From Lingula anatina (lineage: Eukaryota; Animalia; Brachiopoda): a DNA stretch of 64,000 bases. Position numbers and translations under genes: made by a program. This document shows, piece after piece, positions 50,529 to 64,000 of this stretch (position 1 is the first letter of the stretch; every line of letters begins with the position of its first letter). The notes under the pieces are model-generated. The model worked only from the letters and a program-made list of their open reading frames with translations, ran no database searches and was not told the origin of the DNA. The DNA lies in the NCBI GenBank assembly GCA_051362555.1, contig CM120640.1:51128788-51192787 (forward strand). The letters are read 5' to 3'.

Positions 50529-53500
50529 TTAAATAACAATTTTATTCGAACTTTCATTTGCAGAATTTTTTTTGACCTTCTTCTTTTTGCGGGATTTTTT
50601 CTTAGCTTCTTTCGTCATGTTAAGGGAAGTTGTGACGGCTGCGAGTCCAAATTGTTTTCTGAAATTATAAAAGAAAAAACGTTAACCTGTAGAGTAATGC
50701 ATAAAGAAAAATATAGATAAATTTTAGAGCAATGACCCATTACAGAAAGCTAATCACAAATAGTATACATGTATAAAACTCGTTAAAGACGGAGGCGAAA
50801 CGGATTTTGATCGGTTTCGATATTTTCCCTCAATAAAGTGTCAATTTCATCTTGATCGTTCAATAGCCGTTTTCCAGATTATATCCAATTTCTCTCGCAC
50901 ACAAAAGATCAAAGTGTTTAGTTCTTTTAAAACCATTGGAAACTTAATGTTTTAAAAATTGATCTATCTAAAACACGAGATGCCTACCAATCACAAAACA
51001 CCCTTTACATCCTTACAAAAACCCACCCATTTACCCTTACCCTGTGTATCAGGCACTATGGAAAATGTACTTACTTCTGTCGTCGCTTTGTTTCTTCTTG
51101 TAGATAACTTTCAACGTCTTCGTAGTGATTCTGTTGTTTAGGTTTGGCTGGCGAGTTGGGCAGATGACCGTTTCCAACATGTCCGTTCATTCCGTTCATT
51201 TTCGGTACTTCAGTTCTGTAAGATAAGGTGTAAAAGTATTTCATGTAACTGAACTGTTACTAACCGCCACTTGCACATCTGTTTGACAATTCATCTGTCC
51301 CAAAAGTAACAACAAACGATATATAATCTAACAACTTTAATCTGTACAAGTTTTTCCCATATAATGCACTTACATTGGGTCTGGATGAATATATTCATCC
51401 TCTTCCATTGGCATCACTGCTGATGTCATCCAACAGGGACAACAAACATCTGGAATACAATTTGAATCAATGTTTGATGACGTTCTCCAAACAACAGGAT
51501 ATAATGTGTTTTAGACAAAATTCAAGTTCCACAAAGTACTATACCGCTTTACATGAGGGCACCAACCCTAGACTTGAAAGAATATTCAGATAGGCATTAC
51601 AAACTATGCATTTAACAATTTATTTTCAGGAAAAAAAACAGATAAAAGAAAACACCTACTTTTACCAGTTTCTTTTTTCATTTTGCAGCAAGCGCAGCAC
51701 CAGCACACGATCCAAATACAGATGAAGAGCACGATTATTGCCAAGGCAATGCCAATCACAAGAAATGCGATTTCCGTGTTAGTTAGTCCAACAGGAGGCG
51801 CTACAGACGCGTCACCTTCTCTTGCACCTACGTTTCCGCCTGGATAATAAAAGCTATAATTATATCTTTTTGGAATTTATAGGCTTTTAACTAAATATGT
51901 TTCACGCAGTTAATGTAAAAGATAAAAAATACTTTATATATATTTTTAAAATTCTTAATTCCTTCATCTTAACATCTTGTTTCTAGGAGACCATCCCTCT
52001 AAAACAGTATCAGAAGAGCCCAAATAAAACCGCTGACGTTGCATTAACACTTGTTGAGTGAACCTGGACCACATTTAAATCAACTTCAGTTTTTATTTTT
52101 CTGCTATGTTTACAGCAGTACAAGTGTTTTGACTGAGAAGTGTACCCACCTGCCTGCCCTGTGACATTAAGACACACTTTGTCCACTGTGCTGGTTTCAT
52201 ATATACAAACGTAACACCCAGTGTCCGAGGCAGCTAGGTTAGCGAGGTCCAAGGGATGCGGACTAACGAAATACTGCTGCCCGTCATCTTCAACCTTATA
52301 CCACTCTATACCAGACTCGTTTCGTCCCCCGCGGCTACATCCTGGATACACGAAGTTGCTGCCGGCCACCATTGCCAGGATAAGAGGCTGTGCAACTAAA
52401 CAAACATAAACATAGGACAATATACTAAAACGTTGCAACTTTCATAAATATTCACAATGATAAGATGAAAAATACAATTTCAATTTGATTTATATTAATG
52501 TGACGCTAGACGAAATTCAGAATATCTTATTTTTTATAAACGAATCACTTCCATGCTCCACAGTTCTAATTTTTTTCTATAAACGGCCCTCCCAAAAAAC
52601 CTTTAAGTGAAAGACGTGGAGGTGATTTTTGAATCAAGTCAAATTAAAAGAGATCATTTGTTAATGAAAAATGATGATGTTAGTACATAGACAACAAGAG
52701 TAACAAGCAGACACTCTCAAAGCAAAATATTGCATCACTCTGCTGTATGCAAGAAATCGGGACGTAATTCGAATGCGAATTTATCCGAGGTTGGCGGAAT
52801 GCAGAAGACCCGACGTCGCATTGAAACTGTGCCGACATTATTGGATTCATTGATTGGATTGATATTAGGGTGCACTCTCACCGAAATTATTGGTCGCTTG
52901 TGTGGTGACTGGTGACGTTGTTGTTGCTGCTGTTGTCGTCGTCGATTTAGAAGTCGTGGTTGTAATGCTACGAGTGGTGCTCGTCTCACTATTTGAAGTC
53001 ACGGGCGCACTACTATGTCTACTACCACTAAGTGACGTGGTTATAACGGGCACCGGCTTGGTTGTAGTCGTTGTAAGTGGTGAAGTGGTAATAGGCATGG
53101 TATGGCTCTCAGCTAAAGTACAGGGACAATAAAAAACTCAGAGGTAGTCGACAAACACATCACAAATAATCAGACAAGTTAAAAGTGCAAATTACGCAAA
53201 GTGAAGAAACATCTTATTGGTTATGATAAGTAGAAAGGTATTTCTTTTTTTTTTCAAAATAAACAGTTTGCGTGAAAACAGGCAAGGTTCTATCGCTAGG
53301 CTGTAAAAGAGGGCAAACCCTGACAAACAAAACGCGAAGTGGTGAAAAATAACCATGCACTATACCCTTCACTTCAAAGGAGGGAAACATCCCTAACTGT
53401 TCATTTCGAATTAAGGTTTTAAATCTAATTCTTGCGTCACAAATATCGCTGCCTGGTTGTTAACAATAAACTGTCATCAGTGATGTAAGCTCGTCTTATC

Positions 53501-55734
53501 TCCTCCACTTCCTTACGTGAAGTTTGTCTTCTTGCTCTTCCAAATACAAACATCAGTAAAGCACCTGTTATCTGTCTGAGAAACATGCGGCTTTCGTAGC
53601 GGAATTTAGCTTACCTGCTGAGGGTGTGGTAGCAGTGGTCGTTGAGGGTTCAGTAGTAGTCGTTGTGGTAGTGGCAGTAGTAGTAGGTGCGACAGTGGTA
53701 GTAGATGTTGCTAGAAAAATCACAACACACTTTGATTGTGAATCAAAGGAGAAACCGGCAAAAAAGCAAAGGATTTCGGTGAAAAGCAAATTTCCATCAA
53801 ATTTTATTAACAGTAAAAATTAGTCACTATACTTTATGAGTCACTCATAATTAGATAAGTGAGACTTAAAACAACACGCTTAGTGATAAAAATTAACAGC
53901 AAACCTCAAAGTGAAAGATAAATGCACACATCGTGTAAAATACATTCATAAGAAATTGTTGCTTTACCGGTGGTTGTCGGTGTAGTCGTAGTTGTTGGCG
54001 TCGTGGTGGTGGTCGGCGTTGTGGTAGTTGTCGTCGTTGTTGTCGTTGTTGACGTAGTTGTTCCTAAAATGTTGAAAATAAACATTAAATTGAAAAAACT
54101 CTCGATGTTTTGTTCTTCTTCTTTTTTTATTTTTGAAATTCCAAAGTTTAACTATTTATCAGTACTAGTTATTATTGTCATTGGTTTTATTATATCATGA
54201 ATACTAAACAAGATGTACAATTTTCTATTCAGTGAAAATCGATGCTCTTACTTCCTTTAACTTACCAAGATTTACCCGAACACCAATGGAGTGGGAGTAG
54301 GGCTTTGTGTCCGGAAAAGTAATGACATCTCCTTCATTAGGGAACGCAAGGTTCTGTCGGTCCAACCCCTTGGTCTTCAAGGTAAACGTGGCAGGGTTTT
54401 CATAGGTGAATGCTACAGGGTTGAATATTTTTTCAAAGGCCCACCCAAGGTACCATCCACTGTGTATCCACGGTTTTGGATCTGGCGCGTCAAACTAAAA
54501 AAAGTAAAACAGACACATGATGTGTGGTGCATAATGAACTATAAAGACACACTTACTACAGGGATAAAAACATCGCATTATGGCAAATAAATTCAGCTGC
54601 ATGCAGGTTATAAAATGAACTACCTTACAATGAAAACAGAGAACAGATCATGTCTTTAAATGGAAAAAAGACTTGGTTCAAGTAATTATTTATTTAGTTT
54701 GTAAATGCGTAACATACTGTGTCAGCAAAAGACGTAAATATCCGAATAACCAAAGTTGACAAATAGTATAGGGGTGTACAGGTAGTCTGTTATAATATAG
54801 GCAATTGTGTTTTGAAAATTTCTAACGTCTGCCCCGTAATGCTTACGTACTGAGCGACATCCATGTTTGCGTTTTGTACAAGTATAGCCTTTGTTGGTAA
54901 AGACGCTTTGTAAAGTCCGTTTGTTTGTTCAACCATTTAAATGTGTTTATCAAATGCCAAGAAGTTTCCGCTTTAGACGAAATCGATATACCTGCGATAT
55001 ATACCTACTTTTCATCGTTTGTATCAGACCAGGTTGCCATTCTGTTTGCTGATAATGTATTAACAGTATGACATTGAAAATATCAATGTTTCCGCTTGTG
55101 AGAGAGATTCTCATATTGTTCTACGAATGAGTTGAATCTCTAAGGTGAACAGTATAACTCAAACATAAAAAAAATTGCAAAATAATAATAATTAAACGTA
55201 CCGAATCTTCTTGAGTTCCAGGCTGCAAATTGACTTTCAAGCTGTACTCCAATTGATAAATCTCGCTGGAATTGCTTGCTTTCGACCAAATATAAAAGTA
55301 AGTGGGAGCGATTTCCGAAATGTTAAATGCTTGCAGCAAGCTTTTAGTGTATACGTGAAAACTTGATAAACGTCCCTCTCCGAGAGGGTGTGCGGTCTCT
55401 ACAAATAATATCTGACCCCCGTCTGGATCGACGTATGGCCTGTCTATGATATCAAAGCCAAACTGTGTTGCGTTTTGGCCTAAAAACAAGAAAAATTGAG
55501 AATATTGTGATAAAAGTAACCAAAAACAACACAATACATGTATACACCTTAATAAACATAAAATACATTATTGATATTTATACTATAAATATATATATTG
55601 AAAAATATCAAATTGTCAATATTGAAAAATATAAGATCGTTAAACTCGTCTTGGTTAAGTATCAAGATATCAGTATTATAAAATTTTATTTGGGTTTAAC
55701 TCCACTTCCGCACTCCTCACCCCCCCCCCCCAGA

Positions 55735-55781
<47 letters not shown>

Positions 55782-55934
55782 CGAATAGTGAAGGTATTTT
55801 GATATATATCTTTTAAAAGGCACATTTAAAATCAATTTTACCGACTAAAGTGATTCTGTTGACAGAAACTCACCTGTGACATTTGAGGAGCATATTAATA
55901 CTAGCATCAAGGTCAGCAATGTGTCCTTCATCAT
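50529..55934 (-). CDS. Gene C: type I membrane mucin-like protein (signal peptide, unrecognised domain, Thr-rich stalk, Ig-like domain, TM, tail), ~585 aa, 11 exons
   Basis: Minus-strand exons 55934-55874, 55479-55202, 54494-54266, 54063-53968, 53710-53615, 53112-52882, 52395-52150, 51839-51666, 51449-51374, 51215-51075, 50658-50529. Total 1758 nt, in frame, all GT-AG. Signal MMKDTLLTLMLVLICSSNVTG; Ig motif C...EWYK...DTGCYVC; TM IAFLVIGIALAIIVLFICIWIVCWCC. Confidence 0.82.
55739..55779. repeat. (CA)n microsatellite (gene C intron)
   Basis: Direct observation. Confidence 0.95.
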
Positions 55935-58900
55935 TTTCCTAAAATAAGAAAGCAAAGCTTGGAATAATGTCAGATTTTGAAATATGTATTGATATGGTAC
56001 GATAAGTTTTGCCTTTATGGGACTAAAGATGATTTAAGATACTACAAGGCCATCTTAAAATGCTGTCACAGATCTGAAGCAGAATAAACTAGATATAGAT
56101 GGGTGGTTTATCATCACAAATGTCTCATATTATGAGAAATAGGGATGAAGTTAAATCAAGGCTTGAGTGGACTAACTACTTATCCCCTTCAATCACTACA
56201 ACATCGATTAGTTTTACATATACAGTACTTATACATGCGATCAATATTGTTGAAACTGATTGTTCATTTAGAAAAGGTCACACGGGACTGTAGGTGTTCT
56301 ATAGTCAGAAAAATATCAGTATTATCACTCTTGTCTTCCAAACTGAGGTATGTTTCACGATTTCAGAAATCTTTTGAAACAATGGTAAACGCAGTGAAAA
56401 ACATACGTAAAACTGATTTCCTACCTTAATGCGCAGGCCATTTTAGGTACTTTCATAGGCATCCCTCAGACGCTATTTAATTCCTTCTTTAGGAGAGATC
56501 TTAAAATGGAAGACTGGAATAGTGTTTTGGCACTAACCCCAGAAAATGGTAACTAGGGAGGACAAAGGGATAAACAGCAACAGACCAAAGGGCGCACGCA
56601 AGCGAAACGATGAGCTTTGTCGCAGTTTGTACAATGGCCATACGGGATGGGGAACAGCAATGACGTCATTCATAAATGTGAATTGAAATCTAAAATTCAC
56701 ACAGTCCAGTAAAATAAACATAAACATATTTTTTTAAGAAATCAGATATGAAGAAACGTGCATTGGACTGACTGGCCTTTATTCTTAATGAAGCTTTACT
56801 AAGTTCATGTTGTGTTTTTACTAAATTTCGCCGAATAAAACGTGAAATAAAACGTCAAACACAAACATCTCATTTATTGTGGTAAGATTGATGTAATCTA
56901 AAATCCATATGTATGTGATGAATAGTGGGTCCCAGATAGGATGGCCATTTTAACAATAGATATCCACTTTGAATTTGAAATTTTAACAAAATCTAGTACC
57001 ACCGGTTGTTCAGCGTACTAGCGTGGGCACGTTGACACCAGCCCTTCACGCAATGTTGACGCAAACCAACATGACTAACATCATTGTGTTTGCATTTCTT
57101 TTCATGCAAATACCTAATACACTCAGCGAATGCACTGGTCACAAGACACTTATTACTTAACTAATCTACAAAATGGCTTTATAGACACCGAGTTTTTGGC
57201 CATTGTTCACCTGTACATGAAGTTAGCATGAAAGAATAATAGATCTTGGCGTTCCTTTTACTATTCAAACGCAAGTGGCCACCAACCACTTCAAACGCCA
57301 CTTTGAGTATACATTGAACTGCCCACACGTTAAAATTCTTTGGATTTGGAATAGGGCGTGGCAATCCATTAAATTACAACGAATTTTTTAAAAAATTCTA
57401 TTATAATAGGTTGTAATCGTTTTTAATGAACGTCAGTGTTATATAAATTTCTTATGCAACTCTTATTTGAAGTAATTAAAATAAAAAGAGATGTTAGCCC
57501 GTGGGAAAGATTTGAACTGTGATGGGTAAATGTGATATTATAAAAAAGTAGAAAAAAGAAGTAGTGCAAGAAGAAGAAATCCAGACTATTCAGTCATTCA
57601 CTTTCACATTTTTCTTTTGTGTTTCATACATTTCATACATACATACATACATACATGTGTTTCATACATTTCCTTTCTTAACGTTCACCACAAACTTAGT
57701 CTTTGTCACGTGCATCTCTTTTTTGTCATACCTAATCATACATTATTACAGGCAATGATCCACGTGGTCTAATAATGGCATAATCACTGTATGAAGACTA
57801 TAGCCGTAACGACCTCGATTGTTGCCATGGCGAAGGTATTCTGATCTTGCGAAGCGAGAGATCAATAAATAGTCTTATTTTCTTTTATGGACTATAAAAA
57901 GCAAAAATCACTGTGTTCCTAGAAATAGCTGTTTGACGAATTATGGACAGAACAATTCGGAGTCGTGATCTCATCAGATTTCATGATGTCAACATTATTG
58001 TGACATCTCAATAGTCTTTAATACACTTTCAAATATTTCTAATCTATGAATAAATCAATTTGTTAAAATTAATCATTCAATTTTCTATTCAATTTTTGGG
58101 GCTCAAAAGCTTCTTTTTTGTTAACATGAACATCTTTTTAAGAATTATCTAAATTTGCCAACGTTTCCAGTCTCACCATAATAATGGATATATCCGATAT
58201 TCAAACTGATATATTTGTTTTTTTAAAAAAAGAGTATATTTGCTTTTCTAACAGAGAAAAATTAATGAGCAATGGTACTGCAGTTTAGTCCCAGTGATAA
58301 GTTCTACATACCATTATCTACATGTAAGTCCCGGGGACATTCCTCAGTACAACTTCCTCTTTAAAAATCCCCACCGTTTTCCATCACTAAAATAGTAGAT
58401 AGGTGTGTGTTGCTTAATTTATTCGCTTTACTAGTATATGGGCAATGCAGAATGACAAAGCCAAGGAGGGGAAACAGTGAATGGCCCTGCAGTTAAAAAA
58501 AGACGGAGTTTTATTTATCAATTTTTAGTTAGTTTTCATTTACTAATTATTTAATATTTTTTTGTCACGAAGTTTTTCATATCCTGGAAGTCAAATTAAC
58601 AGGTGACCTAGTCCATTTGTCGTAGCTTCATGTACATGACGTGGTCGTAAGAAAGAAGAAGCAACATACGATTTGACCAAAAGCACATTACAGCGAACAT
58701 CATATTTTCCGGCAGGGAAAACAGAACATCAATGCAGCAAAGGACGTTTTGGACAAATGCGTTAGGTGAGAAGAATCTTTCCACATAATGCAATGTCATA
58801 GCAAGTTATCATGATTCCTTAGTATGTTTCTCAGACGTATGTCCGTAAGGTCTGGCCAGAAAATACTTCTAGAAATGAATATGCTATTCCATTTTTGAGA

Positions 58901-61900
58901 TTGTAAAATATTGAGAGTGTTATAAACCCAAAATATCCCAAAGTAATAATTACTTTTGGGTCCCTTAACTTCATATTCCTTGTCATTATGCTACGATTTG
59001 TACACTTAGACTGGATTTTTTCCCTATCAATGCGGTTAGTCGATATAAAAAATGCAAAGAAAAGCTAAGAGAGCACTAGCGAGTACTGATCAGCAGACGA
59101 CACATTCCATTCAAAAAGATAGAGGTCAAAGTAGACTTATTACCGGCAATAGAGGTATTCCTATTGGTTAGAAGGTATAAGCTGTACCGCAAAGACAAAT
59201 ACTTGTGCTTTTTTCCTGACGATTTAGGAAAAATTGGCACATTGAGTGTGGTTAAAGGACTTCAATGCTTTTTTTTAGACTTTTTAAACAAAATCTGTTA
59301 ACATGGATTCCACGCAAAATTATGGAAATGGTTTGAAACGATAGCAAAGGACACCTTATAGACTATATGCTGACAAGCACATCTGTACATAGTTTATATA
59401 TACATGCACCATCAGTTCATTCTTGCTACACATCTGTTATTTGCCACGAATATAAATCTCATGGCTTTGTCACTTACCGTGTCCACAACTAGGAAAACTG
59501 AGCCCAAATATCGTCTAGTCTGTTGATGAAGGAATTGCTCACAATTTAGTTCCTCTGCTGGCAAAGTTCAATATTATTAACTTATTTGAGATTTGATAAA
59601 ATTATCAAATTCAATCAAGCATGTATAAAGATGGAAAGAGAAATATGGCGGACGAATGCCCGCAGATTTATAACATGGAGCAAGCTCAGAGACTCAGAGT
59701 GCAAAGTAATTAACAAAAAATAACCTTGGTTCATTATTATTACATGGGTATTAAAGACTATTTTCAATTAGATTTGTTAGGGTAATGCATCGTTGAAATT
59801 TGCAGTATAAAATCAATAATAATCAGATATTAAACAATTTGCAATAAAAAAACTCAACGTATCTAAGTTAAAAGAATACGCAGAACTTACATAATACATG
59901 TATTTATATGAATATACCCCAAGCTCGTTATCTGCTCTGACTTCGGAGAACATTTCCTCCTTATTATGGCGTTTTCTTACTTCCCGATTTTTATTTAGAG
60001 TAATTTTCTAGGCAAGTGAATCATTATTACGTACACCTGATGCAAACACACAGACAATGCACACACACGCATATAGAAACACATCTAGTTAATTGCTACA
60101 GGTTTTACGCGTAAATACCGACTTTGTTAAAATCAATTTTCAAGGATAAATGTGCGTCCAAATTTACTTAATTACTTGAATCTGAAACCGCAGTTTTACG
60201 AGTGAACGCGTCTTCAGAGAGGTGTGGAATGTCAGATTTGCACGTCCTTTGCTTTTGTGACCAAAGTGAGCGCTTTACCGCAGCCGTTTTAAGACTGATT
60301 ATTTTGCCGACTTTAATACGAGAAGTCAGGCAGAGCTACATGTGTGTTCAAGTAATAATGTGCTTTTGAATGATACAGTGGAAGAAAAGGGGGAGCTGAA
60401 TGTAAAAAAAGAGTGTTGCTTTTATAAGTGTTGTAGGTAATTGCTCATTTGAATAAATTTACATTCATAGGAAAACAATAAAGGTTCAGAATAACAATGA
60501 AGAATCCCCAACAGAAAACTCAGTTTTGAAGCAATGGGGAAGTTAGTCATCTTATTGACAAAAACGTTTGATGTGAAACATTTTACGTGAAGAAAATTCT
60601 GTATTCAGTTTTACATGTTTAATTCAGATATCTTTGGATAAAATTTTGAGTCTCTAATTTTCTTCTCGATAAATTTTTCCTACATTTCCCTTATAATATT
60701 TGTTTTGGTGGCATTTTTCTTCATTTGACCAGGAGAACGGTTGCATGTAAATGTGAAGAAAATGAATTTTTGAGAAGCTCGTATTTTCACTGCCCAAGTC
60801 AAATATTTGAATATTATCATAAAGCCAAGAAAATCTAAATTTACATTTGTTGTTGATTTTGCTTGGCAATTTAAATATTTGTCTCCTTTTAATGAACAGA
60901 TATGACCTCTTCATTTTTTCTTTATGTGTATTTTTATGCACAGTGCTTTCCTTCTCTGCTTTGCAGAGTAGGATTAAAATTTTAATCCGAACCGCAGAAA
61001 GTAGATGTATGATCATATGCAACAGTAGTACAGTCATGTACCACCATTTGAGTCCTACAAAGATTCCAACTGATAGTCCGTCCACACTTCCACCACTGCC
61101 AGCATTTGTAATTTTTTGTATTAGTAATTGGTTTATTAACAAAACGTTAAGGACTACACTGTTTGCATGTATCGGCAGCCTGTGAAATAAACACTGGCTC
61201 CTCGCCAATGCCAGTTAAATCGATGTCGGTCCAGTAATTTTTTTAATTTGATCAGAATTAGATCCTGGTGATCCGAAAGCGATTAAGCTAAAAAGTTTTG
61301 GGCACAAACTTCCATCACATTTTCATTCTACATTTTTTCGATACATTTGACGACATTTAATGGGCAATCAATCTTACATTTTATTCTGTCAGTGCAACAG
61401 AGGAGTTTTCAGAGCAACTATGAACAGTATCTGCCGTGTTAGATACATTTATCACTACTTTTCTGAGGTGTGTTCAGACAGTCCATGTTGCTATGAAGAA
61501 TCGACCAATCAAAAGGCTCAGTGCATCCTTACTGACCAATCGCAATCATCCTTACACTATCCATAATCTTTAATTATCATCGCTTTACATTAACTATTAC
61601 AAGATCAAGGCTGGGAACATATGCTACAACCGGGTAATAATTATTTATTTATAGCGCTGTGTTTATAAAAGACATTCAGATTGACAGTAGGCTGATTATT
61701 AGTTCGTCAGAGCTCTAGATGCTATACTGGACCAGTGGGAAAGAAGAATTGTCCCCAATATTTCCAAAACACAGGACACAAGTGGACATCCTATAACAAC
61801 AGGTGATTATTTAAACATTGTTTAATGTGGCCTTTTTGCCTTTGCGCTGTGTTTTGTTGTATTTTACACTCATTTAAATATATTCATTGGTTTGGCTTAA

Positions 61901-63206
61901 AATGCCGCAATAAAAAATAATTTAGTTTGTGCATGATAACTGGTCAGTTTTAATACATGCCTGGAGTATAAAAAAGGAATGAGAGAAAAATATCAATCCA
62001 ACAGAACAGCTACGATTTTTTTCAAAACCATGTAGCGATAAATAGATAGCACTTAGTACGATATGTAAATAAACTATTCAATTCGATTAAAAATTTCAAC
62101 ATTTTCACAGGTATGTATTTCCTTGTTCGATTCACATAAAATTCGTGTTTTGACAGCATCGAAACAAAACGTATCTCTATCTTTGATATTTCCTTTTAAG
62201 CGGATAGAATGTGGCAATCTCATTATCATTATTTGAAGAGGAAATTAATACATTACAAGCAAACGCTTTTTATTTTGAACAATCTTTTCATTTCGCAGTA
62301 TGTTTTACTTCATTAATAAGCAAGCGAGGCACTGATATGCCTTTCTATCTTCTTTGCGTCTTAAAAGACACAAATGATCTGTTATTAATCTGATTAAATT
62401 ACCTGGCTATTCTCATGATGTCGGAAATAGGAAGACACCGAGAGGTGCAGGTAAACCGATGTCTTTTCTTCTCGCACGCGCCGTGAACGCCGTGTATGAA
62501 TGTGCAAAGTGGATTCTTTTCAAGCTTAATCAACAAAGTGGTTCTGGAGAGCGTGACTGCCTGTTACTACCCTCTGCGCCGTGTTATTTAGACGTGTTTC
62601 ACACGGTCCATTGCAAAGAAATATAGCCACAGCGAATAATTTTCATGGAGACATATGCTGTCAAGATAAAACTAATTACAGTTATTCTCGAATTCTGGGC
62701 TTATTTTCGCGTAATTGCTGCGCGGCCTTCATTGTCTACCGCTCCTCACACCAAGTTCATATAAGGGGACATCTTGAACACGCCTGATGTCAGTATCCAG
62801 TGTTGATGACTTGAGCTATTGAAAAAATTTAATATACATTTCCTCTTACGATTCAAATACAATTTACTCAATTCAAGCCACTTGCCTTTAGTTTTCTTTT
62901 TTTATCGGAGAACAAATGAAGAGAAATAATAGATATATATGTCATCGTAAAGCAACCTGATTGATTGTGATGTTCCGTGGGGTTTAAATATTACACGCAC
63001 ACAATTTACCTAATGACATCTCCTACCTAAGTGGTCGTCTAACAAAGCTCGGTTTCATTTTAACGAAAATAAGTACTTAAAATACGAACCAACGGAGAGA
63101 TATCTTACCAAGCGCAGGTAACAAAATAGTAACAGTTGTTCTTTTCAAAATCAGCGTTCTGCTCTATTGTCTGCACACGCGCAATTCCAGGCACATATGG
63201 TGTAAA

Positions 63207-63210
<4 letters not shown>

Positions 63211-63251
<41 letters not shown>

Positions 63252-63290
63252 GCACACGCGCTCGCTCGCTCTCTCTCTCTCCCTCTCTCT
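63211..63290. repeat. Compound (CT)n/(CA)n microsatellite
   Basis: Direct observation. Confidence 0.9.
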
Positions 63291-64000
63291 TTTTTCGTTG
63301 TTCGTTGTCGTAAACAAGGGTAAACATTATTATCTTATTTCACTTGTTGAATCCGCTCCGAGAATTTTTATTCACAGTCAGAATTGCTCAAATTTCAACT
63401 CCTGTACGATCTGTGCTTTTGATTGATCCGGTGCTAATTACATGCAACTACGTTTACTTGAACTGATGATGAATCTAGAAGGACAGATTAGTTAATTGCA
63501 ATTAGCTGACTTCTGCGGACAGACTGTCATCTGTCTTTCACATGTCAGTCAGTAGTTAAATGTCCTCTTTCAGAAATTAATTAAGCACACCATGGATGCA
63601 GTGACATTTACAGGCATACTAAGACGGCCTGTTTCATTTATTTGCCGAGCAATATTATTTCAGCTTTTACCACTCGCTTGCTTTTTTAAAAAAAATACGC
63701 AGTTTAAATGATCAACGCCCTTTTTGAATATGTTATAATACTGGAACCAAATATGAGCCAAATGAAAATATGAAACTCTTACATTGTACAATCAAATTCA
63801 TTTTACGATGAGGTCTCTTCTACAATTTTATTTGAGTTTGGGGTGACCAATTGTATTCATACGTTACCTGCTTAAATACGATAGTAATTATATTTTTCCG
63901 TTTTTCATAAGTTTTTTTCTTTTTATTGTTGCTTGCAACATTCTTGCTTGCTTGCTTAGTTTGTGTTATCGTGGACCTAACTACTCTTGCTTCCAATAGA

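Noticed and set aside
54847-54936. Possible extra minus-strand exon of gene C (MVEQTNGLYKASLPTKAILVQ...) with a gtaagc donor
   Set aside because: No AG acceptor in the needed phase and an in-frame stop just upstream; the flanking exons already join in phase 0.
60654-61260. 184-aa minus-strand ORF with a hydrophobic stretch (GLSVGIFVG...)
   Set aside because: No convincing splice sites or domain; at most a degraded gene fragment.
1-64000. Prokaryotic features (CRISPR arrays, operons, bacterial collagen-like genes) and RNA genes
   Set aside because: Spliceosomal introns and microsatellites show this is eukaryotic DNA; no repeat-spacer array, tRNA or rRNA was recognised.

Overview
AT-rich, intron-containing eukaryotic (invertebrate animal-like) genomic DNA. 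I assembled three spliced genes by hand from splice sites and reading-frame phase. Genes A (369-16852, +, start codon exon not located) and B (34101-47442, +, ~3009 aa) are tandem paralogs with an unusual architecture: signal peptide - furin-like site - IgGFc-binding-protein N-terminal domain (IgGFcBD) - apparently uninterrupted ~1700-residue Gly-X-Y collagen domain (566/567 vs 568 triplets; Y is mostly Thr/Lys/Gln, rarely Pro) - Ca-binding EGF - second furin-like site - second IgGFcBD - 12-Cys module - EGF + truncated EGF - single C-terminal transmembrane helix - short cytoplasmic tail. These look like type I membrane-anchored, cleavable giant collagens. Gene C (55934-50529, -, ~585 aa) converges on B and encodes a type I membrane protein with an unrecognised N-terminal domain, a Thr-rich mucin stalk, one Ig-like domain, a TM helix and a Cys/Tyr/Lys-rich tail. 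The window also holds a degraded copy of part of an IgGFcBD exon, several MITE-like elements, a LINE 3' end and microsatellites. No rRNA, tRNA or CRISPR array was seen. Domain names come from motif recognition, not database searches.
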